A stretch of DNA of 64,000 nt from an uncultured Anaerolineales bacterium (lineage in GTDB: Bacteria > Chloroflexota > Anaerolineae > Anaerolineales > UBA11858), in assembly GCA_964419495.1 (NCBI GenBank), contig CAYQQX010000006.1, positions 486 through 64,485 of the forward strand. The letters are read 5' to 3'. Within the stretch, counting starts at the first letter, position 1, and each line of letters begins with the position of its first letter. Under the pieces are notes generated by a model that was not told where the DNA came from, ran no database searches, and worked only from the letters and a program-made list of their open reading frames with translations. A program made the translations under genes and the position numbers. This document shows positions 52,069 to 60,566 of this stretch, piece after piece.

Positions 52069-52272
52069 TTAGATCACTTTCAGTCCAGCCAATTGGATTA
52101 CGCTCATCATGTAACAATACGTTTCCCAATCGACTCCATGAACCACGATGGATGTTGAATTATTCTCATTATGGTTGAATTCAGCTCCATCGAATTCACT
52201 GGTGAAGTCAGCTTGCCCACGAACGTTAATCTCAATATCAAACACTCTTTTCATTTTTAGGGCACCATCCAA
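52069..52272 (-). CDS. small hypothetical protein inside the efflux operon
   Basis: A 67-aa ORF fills the gap between the adaptor and ATPase genes on the same strand. It is visibly more AT-rich than its neighbours and has no recognisable motif. Confidence 0.35.
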   Translation of the reverse strand: MDGALKMKRVFDIEINVRGQADFTSEFDGAEFNHNENNSTSIVVHGVDWETYCYMMSVIQLAGLKVI

Positions 52273-52291
52273 AAGCGACTACCCAGCATTT

Positions 52292-53902
52292 TCACTGTGT
52301 CTCTACAATTCCCGTTGTTACAATCTCACCAGCTTCAAGCCCTGAGATGATTTCCGCCGAGGTGAAGTCCATCAAGCCGACTTCCACCACCCGCAGCCTG
52401 GGTTCGTCATCTTCTACAACGAAGACTCCATATTCATCGGGGCTTAGCTCACGTACTGCCTCCACGGGTACCAACACTGCATCATCTGCTCTTCCACCGA
52501 TCACATCCACAGATGCGGTCAGGCCCACAGGCAGAGTGTGCGGCTTGGCGAAAGAGTTAGCGTCCAGTATGACCAAGGTCTTGATAGCTGCAACGCCAGA
52601 AACCGACTCTAGTTGAGGATCAACCTGGATAATATGTCCGGTGAACATGTCATCAGGGTAAGCATCAAAGACGACTTCGACCTCATAGCCAACCGCGACC
52701 TTGTCGAGATCGGTTTCGTCGAGATAAACGACCAAAAGCGGTTGGCTCAGATCTGCCAGTGTAATGAAAGAATTTGAACTGAGGGATTCGCCAACATCGG
52801 CAGTGATATCCAGGATAGTGCCGTTTATGGGGGCGATCAGATCAATTACGGCTTGATCTTCCAGGGCTAAGGCAAGATTGGCCTGGGCATTTACGAATTC
52901 AGCTTCTGCTAGTGCAATCTCATCAGGGTCGGGGCCATCTTGGAGCGCTACCCATTGAGCTTGGGCTGCGGCCAGTTCCGCCTCGGCCAGCGCGATTTCA
53001 CCGAGAGATGGTCCGTCTTTGACTCGATCCCATTCGCTTAGCGCATCAGCTAACTGTGCCTGAGCAGTGGCAAGTTCGGCTGCGGCCACTGATTGATCCA
53101 ACTCGCTTCCTGTGCCAGACATAGCGTTGTAGTCACGCACGGCTTCATCGTAATCTTGCTGCGCCGCGGATAGCTGTGCCTGGAAATTAGCTTTGGTGAG
53201 ATCATCATCAGGTCTGTTGGCGTAGGGTGCAAAATTCTCTTGGGCTTGCTCCAGAGCATCTTCGGCCAAAATAACTTGTGCCCAGGCAGCATCGATATCT
53301 GCCTGGTTAGCTGTAGAATGGGTGAAGTTGTGGTTGCGTTCGGCATCGTAAAGAGCATCTTCTGCTGCAGCAACCGCCTCCCACGCTTGAGCCTGTTGGA
53401 GTTCGGAGTTCATCAGATTATCGAGTGCAGCTTGCGCATCTTCAACAGCTTTCAACGCCTCTGCTGCATCCATCTGAGCATTCTCGTAGAGTGTGTCGAG
53501 ATCTAGCTGCGCCTGGAGCACATTAAGTTCAGCCTGGGCAACGGCGGCCATAATCGCTTCGACTGTGTCATTGGTTTGCAAGCGTGCCAGCACATCTTCT
53601 CTTTGCACTTCATCCCCTACTTGAACTAGCAGCTCATTGAGAGTGCCACTTTCATCAAAGCCCAATTCGATTTCTGTGGCTGCGACAACTTCTCCGGCCG
53701 CGCTGGCAAAAACGATCATGTCACCTCTACGGGCGATCGCGGTTTGCAAGGGCGTATCTTCGAGCGCTTCTGCTGGGGTCGCGGTGAGCGCGACAGCGTA
53801 ATTCCCGCCGATTGCCAAAACAACAACAGCAGCAATCGCCAGGACTAATCCCTTTTTATTCCACAGGTTTTTGTTGATAAAGAACGACTTGATTTTTTGC
53901 AT
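52292..53902 (-). CDS. HlyD/MacA-type periplasmic adaptor with a very long coiled-coil hairpin
   Basis: An N-terminal TM helix, a lipoyl-like domain (GDMIVFASAAGEVV...), about 250 aa of Ala/Gln/Glu/Leu-rich heptad sequence, then a beta-barrel and MP domain. The ATG at 53902 is preferred over the TTG at 53989. Confidence 0.85.
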   Translation of the reverse strand: MQKIKSFFINKNLWNKKGLVLAIAAVVVLAIGGNYAVALTATPAEALEDTPLQTAIARRGDMIVFASAAGEVVAATEIELGFDESGTLNELLVQVGDEVQREDVLARLQTNDTVEAIMAAVAQAELNVLQAQLDLDTLYENAQMDAAEALKAVEDAQAALDNLMNSELQQAQAWEAVAAAEDALYDAERNHNFTHSTANQADIDAAWAQVILAEDALEQAQENFAPYANRPDDDLTKANFQAQLSAAQQDYDEAVRDYNAMSGTGSELDQSVAAAELATAQAQLADALSEWDRVKDGPSLGEIALAEAELAAAQAQWVALQDGPDPDEIALAEAEFVNAQANLALALEDQAVIDLIAPINGTILDITADVGESLSSNSFITLADLSQPLLVVYLDETDLDKVAVGYEVEVVFDAYPDDMFTGHIIQVDPQLESVSGVAAIKTLVILDANSFAKPHTLPVGLTASVDVIGGRADDAVLVPVEAVRELSPDEYGVFVVEDDEPRLRVVEVGLMDFTSAEIISGLEAGEIVTTGIVETQ

Positions 53903-54056
53903 TGGAAACACCTCTTTGGTTTTATTTTTGTTTGATAAGCTGCCCAAAGATAACAATCCCGAGTATTTTCTGGTAGTGAGCGGGGTCAAATACTAGGCTC
54001 AGGACATATGACCGCGGTCATATTCCAACTGTGACTGTGGTACATACATGACCTAA

Positions 54057-55346
54057 TTGGTTTTGTGCTATGATGGTGGTGTGAAAGAATCGAAACTTGA
54101 ACCTGGACTGCTGAGGGTTTTCCGCTGGTATGTAATTGTGCGGGGAATCTTTTTGGCGATCAGTATTTCTTGGAATATCTTTTTTGGGGATGTTTGGGAA
54201 GACAAGAGAGGGATCTTGGGTGTTGATGATTTAGGGCTTTTCGCCCTAGCGACTTCGATTGAGCTCATTCTGTTGTTCTTCTATCTTTCATGGCCCCCTT
54301 TCAGACGTGTCTTGGGAAGATACTTTCTTCCTATTGCATTAACCTTTTCGGCCGCAGGATTGATTCTGGAACAGTATTTATTCTCCAGTTTTTTCCGGCT
54401 TTGGCAGCCACTGCCTTTTTTATATATTTTGTTGATCCTTGTAGCCTGGCAATATCGTTTTTCAGCTGTGCTTATTTTTGGGATTGGTGCTACCTTACTT
54501 GAAATATTCTTAGCTCGCTTATTCATGACAAGAATACGAGGGCTTCCCCCCTTTGATATAGATATGATCGTTATATACGGTCGTCTTGCAGCCAGCGTGG
54601 CTTCATATCTGGTGCTGGGTTATGTAGTCAATCGTTTGGTGCAGGCTCAAAGGGAACAGCACCAGGCACTTGCTGATGCTAACCTCAAGCTGGTTCAACA
54701 TGCCAGCACCGTTGAGCAGTTGTCCACCAGCCGCGAGCGGCTTCGCATCTCACGAGAACTGCATGACACTCTGGCACACACCCTCAGCGCTCTGGCAGTT
54801 CAATTCGATGCCCTTGCGACGGTTTGGGGGTCGATCCCTGAAAAGGCCCAGGAGATGGTGGAGCAGATGCAGTCAACCACGCGCTCGGGGCTTGATGAAA
54901 CCCGTCGTTCCTTGCGCGCTCTGCGAGCATCGCCGCTCAAAGAGGTTGGACTGGTATTAGCACTTCAGGGTTTAGCAAAAGATTTCGCCGCCCGCCATAA
55001 CCTGGCTTTGCAGATTGATTTGCCTGAGAACTTAGATGGTTTTCCCCCAGAAGTGGAGCAGTGCTATTACCGTGTGGCCCAGGAGTCTTTGGAGAATATC
55101 GCCCGGCATGCGGCCGCCAAAGTGTTGACCATCCAAATGACTAAAGATAGCTCTGGTTTGACGATGACTATCTCTGATGACGGCCGAGGGTTTGATGTTT
55201 TGGGGGATGTAACCAAAGAACATCTTGGCCTTCAGGGGATGCAGGAAAGAGCGGGTTTGATCAATGCCGGTCTCGAGGTGGAGAGCAGCCCTGGAGAGGG
55301 TACGACCGTTCGACTGCGCTTGCTAATGGAGAATGAAGCATCATGA
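54057..55346 (+). CDS. intramembrane-sensing histidine kinase (HisKA_3 / NarL-partner type)
   Basis: About 6 TM helices with no large loop. H-box RISRELHDTLAHTLSAL, then HATPase (ENIARHA..., DDGRGF, GLQGMQERA). The start is uncertain (TTG 54057 or GTG 54081). Confidence 0.9.
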   Translation: MVLCYDGGVKESKLEPGLLRVFRWYVIVRGIFLAISISWNIFFGDVWEDKRGILGVDDLGLFALATSIELILLFFYLSWPPFRRVLGRYFLPIALTFSAAGLILEQYLFSSFFRLWQPLPFLYILLILVAWQYRFSAVLIFGIGATLLEIFLARLFMTRIRGLPPFDIDMIVIYGRLAASVASYLVLGYVVNRLVQAQREQHQALADANLKLVQHASTVEQLSTSRERLRISRELHDTLAHTLSALAVQFDALATVWGSIPEKAQEMVEQMQSTTRSGLDETRRSLRALRASPLKEVGLVLALQGLAKDFAARHNLALQIDLPENLDGFPPEVEQCYYRVAQESLENIARHAAAKVLTIQMTKDSSGLTMTISDDGRGFDVLGDVTKEHLGLQGMQERAGLINAGLEVESSPGEGTTVRLRLLMENEAS

Positions 55347-55990
55347 TCCGAGTGCTGGTCTGTGACGATCAGGCAGTGGTAGCTGATGGCTTAGAGATGA
55401 TCCTCAGCGCTGATGCTGAGATAGAAGTCGTTGACTTGGCTTATGGCGGTGACGAGGTCATTGAAAAAGCCGCTCAATCCAAACCCGATGTAATCCTGAT
55501 GGATCTGAAGATGCCAGGGGTCAATGGTATTCAAGCCACCCGTGAAATCCATAAAGCCCACCCGGAGATCAAGATTATAGTTTTGACAACCTTTGGGGAT
55601 GACGAATGGGTTTTCGACGCTGTGCGCAGCGGCGCGGCGGGGTATTTGCTCAAAGGCACTCCCCGCGTAGAGTTGATCAAAGCCGTCAAAGGTACGGCAG
55701 CGGGGGAATCCTATATCGACCCGGCAGTAGGGAGCAAGATTTTGGCTCAAGTTGCTCGGAGTGCTTCCGCCCAGGAAACTACGGTCGCCAAGGATCTCAG
55801 TGATCGTGAGATGGACGTGCTGCGCTTGTTAGCCCAGGGGTTTTCAAATGCTGAAATCGCGCAGAAACTCTATCTCACCAAGGGAACAGTGCGCAATTAT
55901 GTCAGTTCGATTTTAGCAAAACTTGAAGTTGAAGATCGCACGCAGGCGGCAATATTGGCTATCCGTCACGGATTGGTGGAATCGGAATAA
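55343..55990 (+). CDS. NarL/LuxR-family response regulator
   Basis: Receiver VLVCDDQ, DVILMDLKMPG and the conserved Lys in YLLKG. The LuxR HTH reads LSDREMDVLRLLAQGFSNAEIAQKLYLTKGTVRNYVSSIL. There is a 4-nt overlap with the kinase gene. Confidence 0.94.
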   Translation: MIRVLVCDDQAVVADGLEMILSADAEIEVVDLAYGGDEVIEKAAQSKPDVILMDLKMPGVNGIQATREIHKAHPEIKIIVLTTFGDDEWVFDAVRSGAAGYLLKGTPRVELIKAVKGTAAGESYIDPAVGSKILAQVARSASAQETTVAKDLSDREMDVLRLLAQGFSNAEIAQKLYLTKGTVRNYVSSILAKLEVEDRTQAAILAIRHGLVESE

Positions 55991-56031
55991 GGGATTAGTT
56001 TATTCACCGCTGCTTCTTTGGAGTTAATAGT

Positions 56032-56739
56032 TTGGATAACCAGTCGACAGGAATTGGGACGATAAACGAGAAACCCCTTCACGCTGCTTTGAAAACCTGG
56101 TGTGCACGACCTGGAGATCTTCTGGAGTTTAAGGTTGACGGTTATGTAATCGATATCGTTAGGGAAGATACCCTAATAGAAATCCAAACCGCCAATTTTT
56201 CTGGTATCAAAAGCAAACTAAAAAACTTGACAACCAACCACAAATTGCGACTGGTTTACCCCCTCGCAGTTGAGCTTTGGATTTTGAAATTACCTAGAGA
56301 GGGAGAAAATAAACCAACTCGCCGCAAATCTCCCAAACGAGGCAAAATAACACACCTTTTCAGGGAGCTCGTCAGTTTTCCAGAATTGGCACAAAACCCC
56401 AATTTTTCTCTAGATATTGTGTTGATCCAGGAAGAGGTTGTCCGGCGTTTTGCCGGCAAGACTCATTGGCGCAGACGAGGTTGGGCAACTCAGGAGAGAA
56501 GATTGTTGAAGGTCTTAGACCATCGTTTATTCTCCAAGCCAATGGATTACATCGAATTGACCCCACCTGGATTGCCTGATAGGTTTACGACCGCTGACCT
56601 TGCCTCCCAGTTAGCGATCCCACGTAGACTTGCTCAGCAAATGGCTTATTGCTTGCGAAAAATGAAGGCAATTGAAAAAGTGGGCACAAGAAAAAGATCG
56701 AACATATACACCATTGGGGACGCGTTTACGGATGTATAA
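56032..56739 (+). CDS. PD-(D/E)xK (CoiA-like core) nuclease-fold protein with a C-terminal winged-helix domain
   Basis: EKPLHAALKTW...GYVIDIVREDTLIEIQTANF gives a D...ExQ catalytic-type motif. The C-terminus ADLASQLAIPRRLAQQMAYCLRKMKAIEKVG is wHTH-like. TTG start. Confidence 0.6.
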   Translation: MDNQSTGIGTINEKPLHAALKTWCARPGDLLEFKVDGYVIDIVREDTLIEIQTANFSGIKSKLKNLTTNHKLRLVYPLAVELWILKLPREGENKPTRRKSPKRGKITHLFRELVSFPELAQNPNFSLDIVLIQEEVVRRFAGKTHWRRRGWATQERRLLKVLDHRLFSKPMDYIELTPPGLPDRFTTADLASQLAIPRRLAQQMAYCLRKMKAIEKVGTRKRSNIYTIGDAFTDV

Positions 56740-57775
56740 AGTTCTTCATAAATTATGCGGTCAAGAGATCACCATCTTGGATTCGCGTTGGAGGGCACAG
56801 ATTGAATACCTAAGATCACTGGATAAACAGGATGACTTGATTTGTCCAGGCTGCGAACAGCCAGTAAGGGTGCGCGCCGGGAAAGTTTGCCGCTGGCATT
56901 TTGCCCACAAACACCTGCAAAATTGTCCCTTTGAGACAGAATCGCCGTTATTACTCCAGAACCGGGCGGTTCTTTATAATTTCTTAGCCAGTAAATTTGG
57001 TGATGATCACGTTACAGTTGAAAAGAAGCTGGATTTACCAGAACTCCCACGGCATGTCGATTGTTGGGTGGAAAAGGATGGCTATTGTTTTGCAATTTGG
57101 ATATTCGACCAGCGCATGCCCCCAGATGAACGATCGAATCTGAAATCATGTTTCAGAAAGATGGAAACAGTGGTGAATTGGGTGTTTGCCGCCGAAATGC
57201 TGCGAGTGGATGTTATCCAGTCAAATCGCGTTCACTTAACCACAACTGAACGGGCTTTTATCAACCGCTCCGATTACGATCTGGCCTGGCAGACTCATCA
57301 CAAACAGATGGGCGGTTCGCTGCATTATTTTGATGTCGATGGTGAGCGTCTAATCACCTATCGGAATTTAGAATTGAGTCATGCTCCCCAGCTTTTTGTT
57401 GGGAAAAGAATCGAGACCGAATTATCTGATATGCTGGTATCTCTCAGCCACGGCGAGTTTGTTCACCCTGGTGAACAAGAGAAACTGAGCCAGCGCAAAA
57501 GCAAAATATCCACTGAAAAGAAAATTGCCGATCAACGGCTGCGCCAAGCGGAAGAATTTCTCAATCAGATCTCAGGCAAACAGCTAAAATCATATCCGAA
57601 AAAAAGCGATAGTTCTTATGGCGAAGAAAATCCAAAAATCGTTGATGCCAGTGGACCTTTTGCGCGTGAAGGGGTCTGCAAATTCTGCGGAACTGTCACA
57701 GCAGATTGGTTTTTTTTTGATGGCAAAACGAATAGTTGTATCTGCCGCCAATGCAAAGATCAAGCGGATTATTAA
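56732..57775 (+). CDS. CoiA-like protein with a degenerate nuclease core and a C-terminal zinc ribbon
   Basis: LICPGCEQPVRVRAGKVCRWHFAHKHLQNCPFETESPLLLQNRAVLYNFL parallels the CoiA N-terminus. The expected aDV...EvQ core reads VDCWV...AIWIFDQ. The C-terminus has CKFCG...CICRQC. The ATG overlaps the upstream stop (ATGTATAA). Confidence 0.6.
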   Translation: MYKVLHKLCGQEITILDSRWRAQIEYLRSLDKQDDLICPGCEQPVRVRAGKVCRWHFAHKHLQNCPFETESPLLLQNRAVLYNFLASKFGDDHVTVEKKLDLPELPRHVDCWVEKDGYCFAIWIFDQRMPPDERSNLKSCFRKMETVVNWVFAAEMLRVDVIQSNRVHLTTTERAFINRSDYDLAWQTHHKQMGGSLHYFDVDGERLITYRNLELSHAPQLFVGKRIETELSDMLVSLSHGEFVHPGEQEKLSQRKSKISTEKKIADQRLRQAEEFLNQISGKQLKSYPKKSDSSYGEENPKIVDASGPFAREGVCKFCGTVTADWFFFDGKTNSCICRQCKDQADY

Positions 57776-57819
57776 TCAGGGGAACTAGGTGTAATTCCTA
57801 CACACCCTAAATGTTATTC

Positions 57820-58866
57820 TTAGATTAACTCCTGCGCAACCAACAATTCAGCATTTTGCAGTGACCCTCCGGCCGCACCTTTGACGGTGTTGTGGGAAAG
57901 CACGATATATCGTAAATCAAAGATCGGGTCTGGGCGTACGCGGCCTATGACGGTGGTCATGCCATTTCCAGCATCTCGGTCGCGGCGTGGTTGAGGGCGG
58001 TTAGGTTCGCGACGTACTTTGATGGTCCGCAGGGGGGAGCTGGGTAAAGCGCGCACCACCTCGGGAGGCAGGAAAGACTCCCATACAGCGATAGCCTCTT
58101 CTGGGGTAGCCGATTTTTCTAATTCAATCGAAACACAAACGGTATGTCCATCTACAACCGGGACGCGATTGGTATGGGCCGAGATAGGTATGTTTGTATA
58201 GTCGATGTGATCATCCTTCAATTTTCCGAGCATTTTATTCGGCTCATCTTCGAGTTTCTTTTCTTCTCCCCCAATATAGGGCACAACGTTATCAAGTAGA
58301 TCTAGAGAAGGCACACCGGGATACCCGGCCCCGGATAGCGCTTGCATTGAGACAGCAAAGATACGTTTGACGCTAAAGGCATCGAATAAGGGTTTGAGTG
58401 CTACAGTGAACCCAGTGGATGTGCAGTTGCAACTAGTCACGATGCAACCGCTCCAGGCGCGTTTTTTGCGTTGCGCTTCGATGAGGTAGGCGTGTTCGGG
58501 GTTTACTTCAGGGATGATCAGGGGCACATCTTCTGTCATGCGGTAGGATGATGCGTTCGAGAAAACCTGGTAACCGGCTTGAGCAAAAGTGGGTTCTAGT
58601 TCTTTCGCCAAGCCAGAAGGCAGGGCGCTGAATACTATTTCTGCATCCAAGTTAGCTTTGGTTTCTAATACGGGCATGTCTTTGGCCCATTCGGGCATGT
58701 CTCCAGGAATTACCCAGCGGCAGCCATCTATGTAACTGCCGCCTATCGTGCGGTCTGAGCCGGTCAGGGCTGTGACTTCGAACCAAGGATGACCACTTAG
58801 CAATTGTACAAATCTCTGCCCAACGGTACCGGTGGCGCCTAGGATAGCTACGTTTCGTTTTTGCAT
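57820..58866 (-). CDS. asd: aspartate-semialdehyde dehydrogenase
   Basis: VAILGATGTVGQRF (NADP binding) and the active-site SCNCTSTG. Confidence 0.95.
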   Translation of the reverse strand: MQKRNVAILGATGTVGQRFVQLLSGHPWFEVTALTGSDRTIGGSYIDGCRWVIPGDMPEWAKDMPVLETKANLDAEIVFSALPSGLAKELEPTFAQAGYQVFSNASSYRMTEDVPLIIPEVNPEHAYLIEAQRKKRAWSGCIVTSCNCTSTGFTVALKPLFDAFSVKRIFAVSMQALSGAGYPGVPSLDLLDNVVPYIGGEEKKLEDEPNKMLGKLKDDHIDYTNIPISAHTNRVPVVDGHTVCVSIELEKSATPEEAIAVWESFLPPEVVRALPSSPLRTIKVRREPNRPQPRRDRDAGNGMTTVIGRVRPDPIFDLRYIVLSHNTVKGAAGGSLQNAELLVAQELI

Positions 58867-58912
58867 GACTTCTTCTCCTTTGATTGCTTTGGTTTGACTG
58901 GTTACGCATAGA

Positions 58913-60328
58913 TCATTTTATGATCAGCTTGTGGATTGAACGAATGCTTTCGTCTACATCTGATGCAGCTACAACCATGCTAATGCTGACTTCTGATGAG
59001 CCTTGTGCAATAGCGATTACATTGATCCCGGTATCCCCCAGGGCGCTGAAAATACGCCCGGCGATACCGGGGGTGTGACGCATTCCTACACCCACAGCAG
59101 TTACAATGACCACATTTTCCATTGCCCAAATGTGATCGATATCTTGGCGTCCCAACTCAGCTTGGAACTCACTTTTTAACGAGGAAATCACTACAGCGGT
59201 AGCTGATGAAGGCAGTGTGAAGCAGATGCTTTGTTCTGAAGATGCCTGGGATATCAAAGACACGCTGGTATCTGTTCGGGCTACCGCGCTGAATGCGCGA
59301 CCGGCGATTCCTTGTACACCGATCATGCCGCGCCCTTCAATGGTGATCAGGGATTGATTTTTTATCGCAGTAACAGCGCGAATATTGCCAACGACATTCT
59401 TGTTTTGATCGTTATTGGCAATTATTTGCGTGGCAGGTCCTTGTGGGTTAAAGGTGTTTTTGATCCACAAAGAGATATCTTGTTCGATGACGGGACGGAT
59501 TGTCTTGGGATGGAGCACTTTTGCTCCGAAATAGGCAAGCTCAGATATTTCCCTGTAAGTGACAGTTTCGAGGGTGCGGGCATTAGGAACCAAGCGTGGA
59601 TCGGAGGTCATCACGCCATCTACATCAGTCCAGATCCATACTTCATCTGCATTAAGAGCGGTACCAATAATCGCTGCACTGAAATCACTGCCGCCGCGCC
59701 CCAATGTTGTTGTGACGCCATCTTCGGTTGAACCAACGAAACCAGTTATGACCGGCAGAATCCTATCTTCTAAAAGGGGTTCCAATCGTGATTGACAAAG
59801 ATCTCTTGTCGATTCTATATCGGGGTAAGCAGATTGAAAAACAGCATCCGTACGGATAAGTTTGCTGGCATGTACACCCTCAGCAGTGCAGCCCGTTTCC
59901 CTCAGGTATGCGGCCAGTAAGGGCATAGACATGGTTTCCCCTAAGGATGAGATGGCATCCAATGCTTTAGGGGAGAGTTCGTTTAGCACACGGATTGCCT
60001 GACATAGATTGAGAAATTCGTTGACCTTTTCCTCTATGATGGCATGGATGCATTTCTTTTCGTCGGGTGATTCCAATAGCTCTGAAATTGCAGAGAAGTG
60101 TTTTTGGCGGATTTTTTCTGCCAACTTAGTGTAGCGCGCAGTCTGATTATCGGAGGCTGCATAAGCCCCTTTGATGAGCATATCTGTCACACCGCTCATG
60201 GCTGAAACGACCGCTAAAATACGTACCCAATTATCCCGGGCTTCCAGAATAACAGCAGCTGCTTGCCTGATTGCGATGGCATCACCCATTGATGTCCCCC
60301 CAAATTTCATTACCAGTGTTTTTTGCAT
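58913..60328 (-). CDS. lysC: aspartate kinase (monofunctional, two ACT domains)
   Basis: LVMKFGGTSMGDA, TLGRGGSDFSAA and VWIWTDVDGVMTSDPR, with C-terminal ACT repeats. The ATG at 60328 follows AGGAGC. Confidence 0.95.
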   Translation of the reverse strand: MQKTLVMKFGGTSMGDAIAIRQAAAVILEARDNWVRILAVVSAMSGVTDMLIKGAYAASDNQTARYTKLAEKIRQKHFSAISELLESPDEKKCIHAIIEEKVNEFLNLCQAIRVLNELSPKALDAISSLGETMSMPLLAAYLRETGCTAEGVHASKLIRTDAVFQSAYPDIESTRDLCQSRLEPLLEDRILPVITGFVGSTEDGVTTTLGRGGSDFSAAIIGTALNADEVWIWTDVDGVMTSDPRLVPNARTLETVTYREISELAYFGAKVLHPKTIRPVIEQDISLWIKNTFNPQGPATQIIANNDQNKNVVGNIRAVTAIKNQSLITIEGRGMIGVQGIAGRAFSAVARTDTSVSLISQASSEQSICFTLPSSATAVVISSLKSEFQAELGRQDIDHIWAMENVVIVTAVGVGMRHTPGIAGRIFSALGDTGINVIAIAQGSSEVSISMVVAASDVDESIRSIHKLIIK

Positions 60329-60372
60329 GTCGTTGCTCCTTTCAAATTGCAAGATAACAAATGTGCAGAATC

Positions 60373-60400
60373 AAAAACGCGAAGCCGTTGGCTTCGCGCT
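60373..60400 (-). terminator. attenuator terminator 44 nt upstream of lysC
   Basis: Minus strand reads CGCGAAGCC-AAC-GGCTTCGCG followed by TTTTT. Confidence 0.75.
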
Positions 60401-60425
60401 GGGTAAACAAAACTAAAAAAACTAC

Positions 60426-60506
60426 TTAACCACTCTGAAGCAACGGCGGAGGGATCTCCGGCATTGTAGTCATCATTGTAGTGGTAGTAGTTTTTTGCTT
60501 CAACAT
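60426..60506 (-). CDS. candidate leader peptide MLKQKTTTTTMMTTMPEIPPPLLQSG
   Basis: Own translation. 7 Thr and 3 internal Met codons lie within codons 6-15. Its 3' part is complementary to the 5' half of the terminator. Confidence 0.6.
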   Translation of the reverse strand: MLKQKTTTTTMMTTMPEIPPPLLQSG

Positions 60507-60521
60507 AAATTTATTCTGGGG

Positions 60522-60550
60522 ATGGTAGCATAGCATCCAGAAGGAGTCAA
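60522..60550 (-). promoter_or_regulatory. candidate promoter of the lysC leader
   Basis: Minus strand reads TTGACT-17 nt-TGcTACCAT, ending about 15 nt before the leader ATG. Confidence 0.4.
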
Positions 60551-60566
60551 CCGGAAGATATCTGCG

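Noticed and set aside
60329-60566. Lysine (L-box) riboswitch or T-box upstream of lysC
   Set aside because: I could not find the conserved L-box core helices or the T-box AGAGA / GGUGGUACC elements by eye. The region is only about 180 nt, and a leader peptide plus terminator explains it better. An Rfam scan is still needed.
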